Part shown: piece by piece, positions 11,310-23,403 of the stretch | Layout of the letters: each line of letters opens with the position of its first letter | Numbering within the stretch: the first letter of the stretch is position 1 | Origin: Macrostomum lignano | Taxonomy: Eukaryota | DNA: 64,000 bases | NCBI GenBank assembly: GCA_002269645.1 | Contig: NIVC01000245.1 | Span: 620,001 to 684,000, forward strand | Direction: 5' to 3' | The notes under the pieces: generated by a model | What the model saw: only the letters and a program-made list of their open reading frames with translations | Database searches by the model: none | Told to the model about the DNA's origin: nothing | Position numbers and translations under genes: made by a program

Positions 11310-12812
11310 ACACAGGTGTCTTAGTGGTGTCTATACTGGTACGTGTCTTAGTGATGTCTATAAACAGATGTCTTAGTGGTGTCTATACAGGTGTCTTATT
11401 AATGTATGCAGGTGTCTTAGTGGTGCCTATACAGGTGTCTTAGTGGTGCCTATTCAGGTGTCTTAGTGATGTCTATACAGGTGTCTTAGTGATGTCTATA
11501 CAGGTGTCTTAATGACGTAGACAGGTGTCTTAGTGACGTAGACAGGTGTCTTAGTGATGTCTATACAGGTGTCTTAGTGATGTCTATACAGGTGTCTTAG
11601 TGACGTAGACAGGTGTCTTAGTGATGTCTATACAGGTGTCTTAGTGATGTCTATACAGGTGTCTTAATGATGTCTATACAGGTGTCTTAGTGACGTAGAC
11701 AGGTGTCTTAGTGGTGCCTATACAGGTGTCTTAGTGATGTCTATACAGGTGTCTTAGTGATGTCTATACAGGTGTCTTAATGATGTCTATACAGGTGTCT
11801 TAGTGATGTCTATACAGGTGTCTTAGTGATGTCTATACAGGTGTCTTAATGATGTCTATACAGGTGTCTTATTGATGTAAACAGGTGTCTTAGTGATGTC
11901 TATACAGGTGTCTTAGTGATGTCTATACAGGTGTCTTAATGATGTCTATACAGGTGTCTTAGTGACGTAGACAGGTGTCTTAGTGATGTCTGTACAGGTG
12001 TCTTAGTGGTGCCTATACAGGTGTCTTAGTGATGTCTGTACAGGTGTCTTAGTGGTGCCTATACAGGTGTCTTAGTGGTGTCTATACAGGTGTCTTAGTG
12101 ATGTCTATACAGGTGTCTTAGTGATGTCTATACAGGTGTCTTAATGACGTAGACAGGTGTCTTAGTGATGTCTATACAGGTGTCTTAGTGATGTCTATAC
12201 AGGTGTCTTAGTGGTGCCTATACAGGTGTCTTAGTGGTGTCTATACAGGTGTCTTAGTGATGTCTATACAGGTGTCTTAGTGATGTCTATACAGGTGTCT
12301 TAATGACGTAGACAGGTGTCTTAGTGATGTCTATACAGGTGTCTTAGTGATGTCTATACAGGTGTCTTAGTGATGTCTATACAGGTGTCTTAATGATGTC
12401 TATACAGGTGTCTTAGTGACGTAGACAGGTGTCTTAGTGGTGCCTATACAGGTGTCTTAGTGATGTCTATACAGGTGTCTTAGTGATGTCTATACAGGTG
12501 TCTTAATGATGTCTATACAGGTGTCTTAGTGATGTCTATACAGGTGTCTTAGTGATGTCTATACAGGTGTCTTAATGATGTCTATACAGGTGTCTTAATG
12601 ATGTCTATACAGGTGTCTTAGTGACGTAGACAGGTGTCTTAGTGATGTCTGTACAGGTGTCTTAGTGGTGTCTATACAGGTGTCTTATTGATGTAAACAG
12701 GTGTCTTAGTGATGTCTATACAGGTGTCTTAGTGATGTCTATACAGGTGTCTTAGTGATGTCTATACAGGTGTCTTAGAGACGTAGACAGGTGTCTTAAT
12801 GATGTCTATGCA
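11310..12812. repeat. Minisatellite, 23 bp unit (caggtgtcttagtgatgtctata) with 21 bp variants
   Basis: About 1.5 kb of tandem units, read directly. Confidence 0.97.
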
Positions 12813-13222
12813 GGTGTTTGTGGCGTACACGGGTGTCTTATTGACATAAACAAGTGTCTTAGTTGTGCCTTAACAGTTGCCATATGGCGCCCAGTTTGGT
12901 GTCTTAAAAGCTTCAAAATGAGTGCTACAGAAGCTGTTCCAAGAAAACCTTGTCCTAGGTAAGAGAAATCTATCTCGGGCCGAGTTGCCACTCACGATGC
13001 GCCCCTATTCCTTGCATGCATGGGAGTGTAATATGCAAGCCTACATAGCCGCGGCGAAATCTTCAGTTCGTGCAATCAATAAGCGTGAGTCCCTGTCTTG
13101 CGGTACCCCGAGATGTTCGCCCAGTTGGGCAGAACGACTGAATTCACACTGATTCGATTCGGAGTACGCATGCAATTTTTGCAGGTTGCTAGGGATATTA
13201 TAGATATTCAGATACATTTTAC

Positions 13223-15360
13223 TAAAATATTTATATGACCATAATGATAGTTAGCAACGCCTTCGAGGATATTGTCCTACAATCAGCGCAGAGGCCATTC
13301 CGCCCAAGCTGCAAATGAAGCCCCAAGCTCTGAGGTGGCTTCATCAGAAGGGAGAAGTTGTGACGCAAGACCTCTTTGTCAGCCTCGTAAAAGTAACGCT
13401 CCAGGACAGCATAACAAATTCAGGATACTAAAAAATATTACAGACACCAATGAACTGAAACTGTTTACAACGGAAACTAAAAATAGGGCAAACTGCTACA
13501 AAAGCAGTTCACATCAGCAACACTAACGCTCAGAATAGATAAAGTCCAAGTAGTTTATTAAGCTGGCAACTTAATCCAATTTTCCCGAATTCCAATTTCA
13601 GCAGTCTAATTTAAAGAATCCTCTCTATTCACACTATCGGAGTGGCGCAGCCATCCATCTCCTGGCTAATCTGGGTCTTAGCTTATTATCGAAATTGGAC
13701 ACCGCAGCAGCTCTATAGAACCGAACCGCAATAACCGCCAAGTAAACACGTCCAGTTCGGTCCACCGCGCCCGGGGCCTGCCAGGCATTTTACCCCAAAT
13801 ATCGATCAACTTCGAGCCGCAGTTTCAATGTTGCGAGCTAACCAAATCGCTCGAATAGTTGTTGGAGTGACGGACAGGCTATAGCCTGGGTCACTGTGGG
13901 ACCGGAGCAACCAATCATTCCCTGAGGAGTCGATAGAATCTTCACAAGGAAGGAAAGAGAGACAGTGGGGGAATCAGAGGGGAGCTGTGCGGGAGACACA
14001 CAGGATTGGCATCCCGTCTCCGAGAAACTAAACAGCCAGTCAGCAGCATCGAGCGACTGGCTAATACAGACTGGACGTCAGCGTCACCCCTTTGAAACTC
14101 TCTCCTCCAATCGATTCCTACCAAAAAAACAGCTACCCCCCCCCCCTTAGTTCCAGCGCCCCCATCTGCTTCCCCACCCCGCCCTCTATTCTACATAATT
14201 CCCCAGCTGTGGCGTTGCCGGAACTCCTCAGAAAAATTCTAGCTGCTTGTTTTCAGGCTCTATAGCCCACGATCTCTCTTCACTTCATTTCATATGATAT
14301 TTATATGACCATAATGATAGTTAGCAACGCCTTCGAGGATATTGTCCTACAATCAGCGCAGAGGCCATTCCGCCCAAGCTGCAAATGAAGCCCCAAGCTC
14401 TGAGGTGGCTTCATCAGAAGGGAGAAGTTGTGACGCAAGACCTCTTTGTCAGCCTCGTAAAAGTAACGCTCCAGGACAGCATAACAAATTCAGGATACTA
14501 AAAAATATTACAGACACCAATGAACTGAAACTGTTTACAACGGAAACTAAAAATAGGGCAAACTGCTACAAAAGCAGTTCACATCAGCAACACTAACGCT
14601 CAGAATAGATAAAGTCCAAGTAGTTTATTAAGCTGGCAACTTAATCCAATTTTCCCGAATTCCAATTTCAGCAGTCTAATTTAAAGAATCCTCTCTATTC
14701 ACACTATCGGAGTGGCGCAGCCATCCATCTCCTGGCTAATCTGGGTCTTAGCTTATTATCGAAATTGGACACCGCAGCAGCTCTATAGAACCGAACCGCA
14801 ATAACCGCCAAGTAAACACGTCCAGTTCGGTCCACCGCGCCCGGGGCCTGCCAGGCATTTTACCCCAAATATCGATCAACTTCGAGCCGCAGTTTCAATG
14901 TTGCGAGCTAACCAAATCGCTCGAATAGTTGTTGGAGTGACGGACAGGCTATAGCCTGGGTCACTGTGGGACCGGAGCAACCAATCATTCCCTGAGGAGT
15001 CGATAGAATCTTCACAAGGAAGGAAAGAGAGACAGTGGGGGAATCAGAGGGGAGCTGTGCGGGAGACACACAGGATTGGCATCCCGTCTCCGAGAAACTA
15101 AACAGCCAGTCAGCAGCATCGAGCGACTGGCTAATACAGACTGGACGTCAGCGTCACCCCTTTGAAACTCTCTCCTCCAATCGATTCCTACCAAAAAAAC
15201 AGCTACCCCCCCCCTTAGTTCCAGCGCCCCCATCTGCTTCCCCACCCCGCCCTCTATTCTACATAATTCCCCAGCTGTGGCGTTGCCGGAACTCCTCAGA
15301 AAAATTCTAGCTGCTTGTTTTCAGGCTCTATAGCCCACGATCTCTCTTCACTTCATTTCA
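13223..15360 (+). repeat. Tandem duplication of a ~1070 bp unique segment (13223-14292 and 14293-15360)
   Basis: Offset 1070, confirmed by identical ORFs 13272-13526 and 14342-14596. Copies differ visibly only in a C run (11 vs 9) and 2 nt at the start. Confidence 0.95.
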
Positions 15361-15370
15361 CTTCACTTCA

Positions 15371-16678
15371 ATGCTGGAGAATAAGACGAACTCGCTTTCG
15401 GGCCCGCACCCGATGCTATCGGATCCGAGATTCCTAGCCAGCCTGCAGTCAGCGCTTGAGTCCATGGCCTACAATGAAACTGTAGCTAGGAAACTGGCTG
15501 CACCATTCTATCGAAGCATGATAGCGATGTACAGTCTGGTGTCTCTCGTCGCCGTGATTGGCAACTTCCTCATGCTCTACGCGATCCTGTCCACCTGGAG
15601 TCAGAGGAAAAGTCAAAACCACCGGTGCTTCTATCTGAATTTGATTGTCTGCGACCTGCTGGTGGCCCTGATCATCCTGCCAGCCACCTGCGCCGATCAA
15701 ATTGACAATCGATGGTACCTGGGCGAGTTCGCCTGCAAGCTGCGTCACTCGATGAGCGTAAGCCTCATGTGTAGCAGCGTGTTCACCCTCACCAGCCTGA
15801 GCTGGTTGCGTAGTCTTGGCGTTAGCAGGCACACGGCGAGCTGGCTGCAGGACGGAGGTCGGAAGCGAGCTCGCAACGAGCTGCTCACCATCGGTGGCAT
15901 CTGGCTGGCGTCTCTGGTCATCTCGGTACCAGTAGCTCGAGTTTCCATTGTCGAAAGAAGCACTGAACAGAAGTTCTCTCAACAGTTCGGAGTCCGAATT
16001 AACTGGCCAGTGTGCACGGAGAACTGGAGCCTCATCGGCCAGTCGGCTACGCCTGGAAACTCCTCGACATCAAGTCCCGAACGAGGGCCGGAGTTCTGGT
16101 ACGGTCTGGCTGTGCTCAACCTGGTCTGCCTGCTGCCTCTGCTCAGCCTGGCGGTGGCTTACTTCCGCATCTGCCGGGCCATCTACGTGTCCAACAGGAT
16201 TCTAAACGTGCACAAACGCTACGAAGCCATGATGATGTCGTGCAGCTATCAGAACTCGGACACGACTCTGGTGCGACTGTCCAGCATCCGGCATCACTTT
16301 TCACTGGCGTCAACTTGCAGCGCTTTGAATCGACGAAAACGGGTGGCAACGTCCAGGAGGATGTTTCTGCTCGGAGTGGCCCTGGTCCTGATATTCGCTG
16401 TCACCTGGCTGCCCATGCAAAGCCTGCAGCTCTACCGGTCCAGCTTGGTCCCGGATTCTCGCGGCAACGATGCCGAACTCATGCACAAACTCGTGTCAGT
16501 TTTTCACCTGCTGGCGCTGACTAATTGCCTGTTCAATCCGTACTTTCTCGTGGCAACGCACTCGCTCTACAGGAGAACCATTCGTCGCCTTGGCAACCAG
16601 TGTCGCTGCTGCTGCGGCTGTAGAATTACCTGGAACTTCGGCCACGGACTGGACAGAATTGAAATGCAACAATTGTGA
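15371..16678 (+). CDS. Class A (rhodopsin-like) GPCR, neuropeptide-receptor-like, intronless, 435 aa
   Basis: Seven hydrophobic segments with TM1 GN, TM2 NLIVCDLL, ECL1 W-x-LGEFAC, TM4 W..S..P, ECL2 Cys, TM5 LP..AY, TM6 FAVTWLP, TM7 NCLFNP. Confidence 0.92.
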   Translation: MLENKTNSLSGPHPMLSDPRFLASLQSALESMAYNETVARKLAAPFYRSMIAMYSLVSLVAVIGNFLMLYAILSTWSQRKSQNHRCFYLNLIVCDLLVALIILPATCADQIDNRWYLGEFACKLRHSMSVSLMCSSVFTLTSLSWLRSLGVSRHTASWLQDGGRKRARNELLTIGGIWLASLVISVPVARVSIVERSTEQKFSQQFGVRINWPVCTENWSLIGQSATPGNSSTSSPERGPEFWYGLAVLNLVCLLPLLSLAVAYFRICRAIYVSNRILNVHKRYEAMMMSCSYQNSDTTLVRLSSIRHHFSLASTCSALNRRKRVATSRRMFLLGVALVLIFAVTWLPMQSLQLYRSSLVPDSRGNDAELMHKLVSVFHLLALTNCLFNPYFLVATHSLYRRTIRRLGNQCRCCCGCRITWNFGHGLDRIEMQQL

Positions 16679-17184
16679 ATTGCCTGTTATTTTTGTTTTA
16701 GTGCTCCGGTCGTAAACACTGCATGATTTTTGTTGCAAAAGTGGCTGAGTCCATTTCAATGTATGAAGCTTTAACTTTGAATTGTTATTTAAACCATCAG
16801 ATCGCACCTGGATCCCATTCAGTCATTCCATATTGATTCTACGATACGCGAATTTAAACATACATTTACCGCTTTTTGCGAGTCAAATCATATTGATTAA
16901 AGTCATGCTCCATTGTTGTTGACAAATATTAAAAGCTTTCTCTGTTAAAACGCAAATATACTAATGTCACGCGCACAACTAAAATGAACTTTTCTGACAG
17001 TAATAATTTCTGGTCCTCGTGGCACCGAAAATGGCCAAAATGGAGAGGCAAAATCGAGGTCAAATTGAGAGCCTACCAGACCTGTGGCAGTCAGGAGAAG
17101 TAGCTATTGAAATATGCATAAGTCACTCTTCTGAGAGATGAAATTAGAGGGATTGAAGTTGAACTAGGAGAGTGCAAATGTATG

Positions 17185-17528
17185 CAGACTGGCTAAACTG
17201 GGTGTCAGACTGGCTAAACTGGGTGTCAGACTGGCTAAACTGGGTGTCAGACTGGCTAAACTGGGTGTCAGACTGGCTAAACTGGGTGTCAGACTGGCTA
17301 AACTGGGTGTCAGACTGGCTAAACTGGGTGTCAGACTGGCTAAACTGGGTGTCAGACTGGCTAAACTGGGTGTCAGACTGGCTAAACTGGGTGTCAGACT
17401 GGCTAAACTGGGTGTCAGACTGGCTAAACTGGGTGTCAGACTGGCTAAACTGGGTGTCAGACTGGCTAAACTGGGTGTCAGACTGGCTAAACTGGGTGTC
17501 AGACTGGCTAAACTGGTGTCAGACTGGG
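17185..17528. repeat. Minisatellite, 21 bp unit (cagactggctaaactgggtgt), ~16 near-perfect copies
   Basis: Direct reading; DWLNWVS repeat in the ORF track. Confidence 0.97.
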
Positions 17529-18098
17529 CAGACCTGTGGCAGTCAAGAGAAGTAGCTATTGGATTGTGTCAGAAACTACGTGTCAAAGGAGCCCAAGTGA
17601 GTGTCAGACGAGATAAACTGTATTTATAAGTCGTTGCCAGATGCATAAACAGTTCAGTAGCACCAAAGAGGCACCCAAAACCCACCCAATAGCCTTCATG
17701 ATAACGTGAGCGGCATTTTCCATAAAAGTCTGTGAGATAACTTTCATTCTACCGCCAAAATGTTTGTTCTCAATGTATCAATGAATCATATATATATTGT
17801 ATATGCCAAGTCACGAACGCATTTCCGTCTTACAGAAATGAGAGATTGGTGCGCTTTCACAGCCAGCTAAAACTATTGTAGCCAGAAACTGCTACCAAGC
17901 TAACGCCGCGGTTTCCTTTAACTGACGGAATTCGGGGTTAATGATTAAGTGCAGTCGGTGTTTGGTGGGGCAGAAAGGCAAATCCTTATTAGTTTTATCT
18001 TTTGGGAGGCTGAGCTAAGGTTGACAGATTGACAGGCTCCATCAGCTTCGTCATTGGACCTCATTAAAAAAGAGGAACCGATTTGATTATACCTACTA

Positions 18099-18718
<620 letters not shown>

Positions 18719-19096
18719 AAATTGCCTTTTGAGTAAAATAAAAAGACATTAGGAATTACTGTGTACTTTTCAGACACTCAAACGAGATTGGTTAAAGTCA
18801 GTATAATTCCATTTTACCATTTTACCATTTTTCCATTTTATATAGACCGGCAGTGTGAACAGCTGACGCTCACTCCCAATTTTACTTGTCAGTCTGGTCA
18901 CTTCAATATAGACCGTCGTGAGTGAGTGAGTGAGTGAGTGAGTGGGTACTCAAATTTTGATTGAATTTTTCACTCCTGATTCAATTGGAGTTGCCGGGGC
19001 TACGGAAAAACTTCTATGACCTGAAGACTTTGCTTTCCATAAGTCAATCTTTCTTATTTGGAGTATTTAAGGCCATTCTGCTGCACGAATATTGAA

Positions 19097-19200
19097 GCTA
19101 GGAATGAAGAGTATGAAGGGCTAGGAATGAAGAGTATGAAGGGCTAGGAATGAAGAGCATGAAGGGCTAGGAATGAAGAGCATGAAGGGCTAGGAATGAA
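19097..19200. repeat. Short minisatellite (gctaggaatgaagag(t/c)atgaagg), ~4-5 copies
   Basis: Direct reading. Confidence 0.85.
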
Positions 19201-19782
19201 GTCGCATCGGAGTCGGCCTAATTGACCTAATATGAAGCTTGGGAGAAAAAAGAAAGGGAGGGAGAAGGGGATAGAGGAAAAGAGAAGGGCGGTGATCCAG
19301 CTGCACTGCACTAATTAGTTGATGCAGGAAGCTGGTCTACAGCTATCTAGCATTTTCAGTCCTATTGGAATTAGTTCGTTAAATACCGAAAAAGTCCATC
19401 AAACTGCTGCGTATATATGATGACAGAAGCCGGTGCACTGCACTTCAATAACGAATATAGCTCGCGTGTATTTGTTCTTCTAAGACAAATAATTTAGTGA
19501 TTTCCTAGACAAGCCTAAGCTATAACCCCTGATGATGTAGTTAACTGAGCCAAACAGTATTGACCAGTCCCAATGTCCTGAAACAAGTTTGTTTCTGCCG
19601 TATATGGAAACTGTCCATGGCTGGCACAGATGCTTTGCTGTGTTACGGTCTTGACCATAAACAAAAGTATACAATAGGGATGTATGTGCTTTTCCTCTGA
19701 AGTATTTTTTCGAGCTTGACGTTTTTTAAATTCTTTATTTGTTAACTGCAACATAGTCTGTGGTGAAAATGTAATGCGGACG

Positions 19783-20525
19783 AGGCACAGAGAAGGAAAG
19801 GCAAAGGCACATATGGGAGAGGGGAAGGCACAGAGGGGAGAGGGGAAGGCACAGATGGGAGAGGGGAAGGCACAGAGGGGAGAGGGGAAGGCACAGAGGG
19901 GAGAGGGGAAGGCACAGAGGGGAGAGGGGAGGCACAGAGGGGAGAGGGGAAGGCACAGAGGCGAGAGGGGAAGGCACAGAGGCGAGAGGGAAGGCACAGA
20001 GGCGAGAGGGGAAGGCACAGAGGGGAGAGGGGAAGACACAGAGGGGAGAGGGGAAGGCACAGAGGGGAGAGGGGAAGGCACAGAGGGGAGAGGGGAAGGC
20101 ACAGAGGGGAGAGGGGAGGCACAGAGGGGAGAGGGGAAGGCACAGAGGCGAGAGGGGAAGGCACAGAGGCGAGAGGGAAGGCACAGAGGCGAGAGGGGAA
20201 GGCACAGAGGGGAGAGGGGAAGACACAGAGGGGAGAGGGGAAGACACAGAGGGGAGAGGGGAAGGCACAGAGGCGAGAGGGGAAGGCACAGAGGCGAGAG
20301 GGGAAGGCACAGAGGCGAGAGGGGAAGGCACAGAGGCGAGAGGGGAAGGCACAGAGGCGAGAGGGGAAGGCACAGAGGGGAGAGGGGAAGACACAGAGGG
20401 GAGAGGGAAAGGCACAGAGGGGAGAGGGGAAGACACAGAGGGGAGAGGGGAAGGCACAGAGGCGAGAGGGGAAGGCACAGAGGGGAGAGGGGAAGGCACA
20501 GAGGCGAGAGGGGAAGGCACAGAGG
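19783..20525. repeat. Minisatellite, 21 bp purine-rich unit (ggcacagaggggagaggggaa)
   Basis: Direct reading; source of several spurious long ORFs on both strands. Confidence 0.96.
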
Positions 20526-21212
20526 GAGTAAGTATGAACTATGATGTGCATGTGACAGGTACTAAAAAGAAGAACTTTGAAAATGATTATTTAGTCAAGG
20601 CAGCAGAGCAATGCAGATCACTAAATATAGTTACTCGCAGAGCAACGCAAAAATAGGAGAGGGAGGCACTTGTTTCTGCCGACATGCAAAAATTAACGCG
20701 GTGTCTTCATGCATAGTGCTTGACCAAATTTGGAGTAGACCTACTGTGTTTGACAAAAGCTGGAAAATGAGAGAGCAGAGGATAATTGTTAGTCAGCTAA
20801 GAGAAATCTTTCAGTCACGGCCTCTTTGTGACGTCACCGAACTTGGAACTTTAAAATGGCGAAATCATTTGTCTACTGAGTGAGTGGCTTACAGCATTAA
20901 CTGAGTCCTAATGGAATTAATTGCTTAATAACGCGTGTTGAAATTGTTGTCTAATACACACTGTATCCTATCTCTAATTGATTAATCAGATAGGATTAAT
21001 TAATTAATTGCAGAAACGAAATGAAACCATTTGCTTCTAGGCAAATGGTAGCAATTAATTTTATTAGCAAAGAAATTTATGGGATTTTAATCCATCTTAA
21101 ACTGATCATACTACATTGATTTCTTCAAAACAAGTATGTGCTATGGTTTTTAAACTGGTACCCGTTCTTAGAAATACAATCTGGTGAAAATTCTTAGAAA
21201 TTCAATTTTGCA

Positions 21213-22180
21213 CCGATTCTTAGAAATCTAATCAAGCGCCGATTCTTAGAAATCTAATCAAGCGCCGATTCTTAGAAATCTAATCAAGCGCCGATTCTTA
21301 GAAATCTAATCAAGCGCCGATTCTTAGAAATCTAGTCAGGCGCCGATTCTTAGAAATCTAATCAAGCACCGATTATTAGAAATCCAATCAAGCGCCGATT
21401 CTTAGAAATCTAATCAAGCGCCGATTATTAGAAATCTAATCAAGCGCCGATTCTTAGAAATCAAATCAAGCGCCGATTCTTAGAAATCCAATCAAGCGCC
21501 GATTCTTAGAAATCTAATCAAGCACCGATTCTTAGAAATCTAGTCAGGCGCCGATTCTTAGAAATCTAATCAAGCGCCGATAATTATTAGAAATCTAATC
21601 AAGCGCCGATTCTTAGAAATCAAATCAAGCGCCGATTCTTAGAAATCCAATCAAGCGCCGATTCTTAGAAATCTAATCAAGCACCGATTATTAGAAATCC
21701 AATCAAGCGCCAATTCTTAGAAATCTAATCAAGCGCCGATTCTTAGAAATCTAGTCAGGCGCCGATTATTAGAAATCTAATCAAGCGCCGATTATTAGAA
21801 ATCTAATCAAGCGCCGATTCTTAGAAATCTAATCAAGCACCGATTATTAGAAATCTAATCAAGCGCCGATTCTTAGAAATCTAGTCAGGCGCCGATTCTT
21901 AGAAATCTAGTCAGGCGCCGATTCTTAGAAATCTAGTCAAGCGCCGATTCTTAGAAATCAAATCAAGCGCCGATTCTTAGAAATCCAATCAAGCGCCGAT
22001 TCCTAAAACTTCAACCTGGCGCCGATTCTTAGAAATCTAATCAAGCGCCGATTCTTAGAAATCCAATCAAGCGCCGATTCTTAGAAATCTAATCAAGCGC
22101 CGATTCCTAAAACTTCAACCTGGCGCCGATTCTTAGAAATCTAATCAAGCGCTGATTCTTAGAACTCCAACCTGGCGCCA
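21213..22180. repeat. Minisatellite, 26 bp unit (gattcttagaaatctaatcaagcgcc)
   Basis: Period 26 (e.g. 21241 to 21267). Confidence 0.96.
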
Positions 22181-22479
22181 TTTCCTGGTAGTTATTGTAG
22201 TAGAAGAGTTAGTATTTGTTCTGTAATTCCATTCAGTTTATCGCCTACTAGCAGTAGTATTGTTGACTCGTATTATCCTATTCTGCTATTGCTTGTTTGT
22301 TTAACCGATAGCTTCTTTGTTCATCAGATTGTTACTTTGTTAATCAAATGAACATTTTGCATCACAAGTAAATGAATCACAAGCAGACCCAGGGGTTCAC
22401 GTCTATCATGAGTTCAAAGAGGCCTTAGTGTTGTTGGACTGACTGTGCTCCGGCGGCGGCAACCCATCCGCGGCTTTTG

Positions 22480-22990
22480 GCGGACAGCCCACAGACAGCT
22501 CCAAAGTCAGCGCACGGACAGCCCACAGACAGCTCCAAAGTCAGCCCACGGACAGCCCACAGACAGCTCCAAAGTCAGCGCACGGACAGCCCACAGACAG
22601 CTCCAAAGTCAGCGCACGGACAGCCCACAGACAGCTGCAAAGTCAGCCCACGGACAGCCCACAGACAACTCCAAAGTCAGCCCACGGACAGCCCACAGAC
22701 AGCTCCAAAGTCAGCGCACGGACAGCCCACAGACAGCTCCAAAGTCAGTGCACGGACAGCCCACAGATAGCTGCAAAGTCAGCCCGCGGACAGCCCACAG
22801 ACAGCTCCACAGTCAGCCCGCGGACAGCCCACAGACAGCTTCAAAGTCAGCGCACGGACAGCCCACAGACAGCTCCAAAGTCAGCGCACGGACAGCCCAC
22901 AGACAGCTCCAAAGTCAGCCCACGGACAGCCCACAGACAGCTCCACAGTCAGGGCACGGACAGCCCACAGACAGCTCCACAGTCAGCCCC
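22480..22990. repeat. Minisatellite, 34 bp unit (cacggacagcccacagacagctccaaagtcagcg)
   Basis: Period 34 (22513 to 22547). Confidence 0.95.
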
Positions 22991-23403
22991 TGTAATAGCA
23001 TAGATTTGGCATGAGTTTTGAATTACGAGCTACATTAAAATGAAGACAATGGACAGGTTTAAACGCATTTCAATAAAAATTGAAACAAAAATGGGTGAAA
23101 CGACTAGAGTTCAGATTTAATAAATAGCGTATGGCTTTACACACATTTTACAATGGTCAGTTCACATCTCTAAAAACGCCGAAACCTACTGATAGCGTCG
23201 ATAGTGTCTGAACTGCGCAAATGGTCTTCCTAGAATGTTAAGAGCGTGGCAAATGTTTCTAGACAGACTCGCAGTATAATTATCTGTCTGTAGCATTTAA
23301 ATCGTTGAATTCAATCAATAACTAGTAACTACAAGTGCTATTAAAAAGGCATCGCAATATATAGAGCACTTCCAACATCCGACAGAATTCGAGTCTGATT
23401 AAA

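Noticed and set aside
13223-15360. The 1.07-kb direct repeats as a pair of LTRs
   Set aside because: Copies are directly adjacent with no internal region, PBS, PPT or TSD, and copy 1 lacks a TG start.
17185-17528. Regular short repeats as possible CRISPR arrays (also 11310, 21213, 27110)
   Set aside because: Units are head-to-tail with no unique spacers, there are no cas genes, and the context is eukaryotic.
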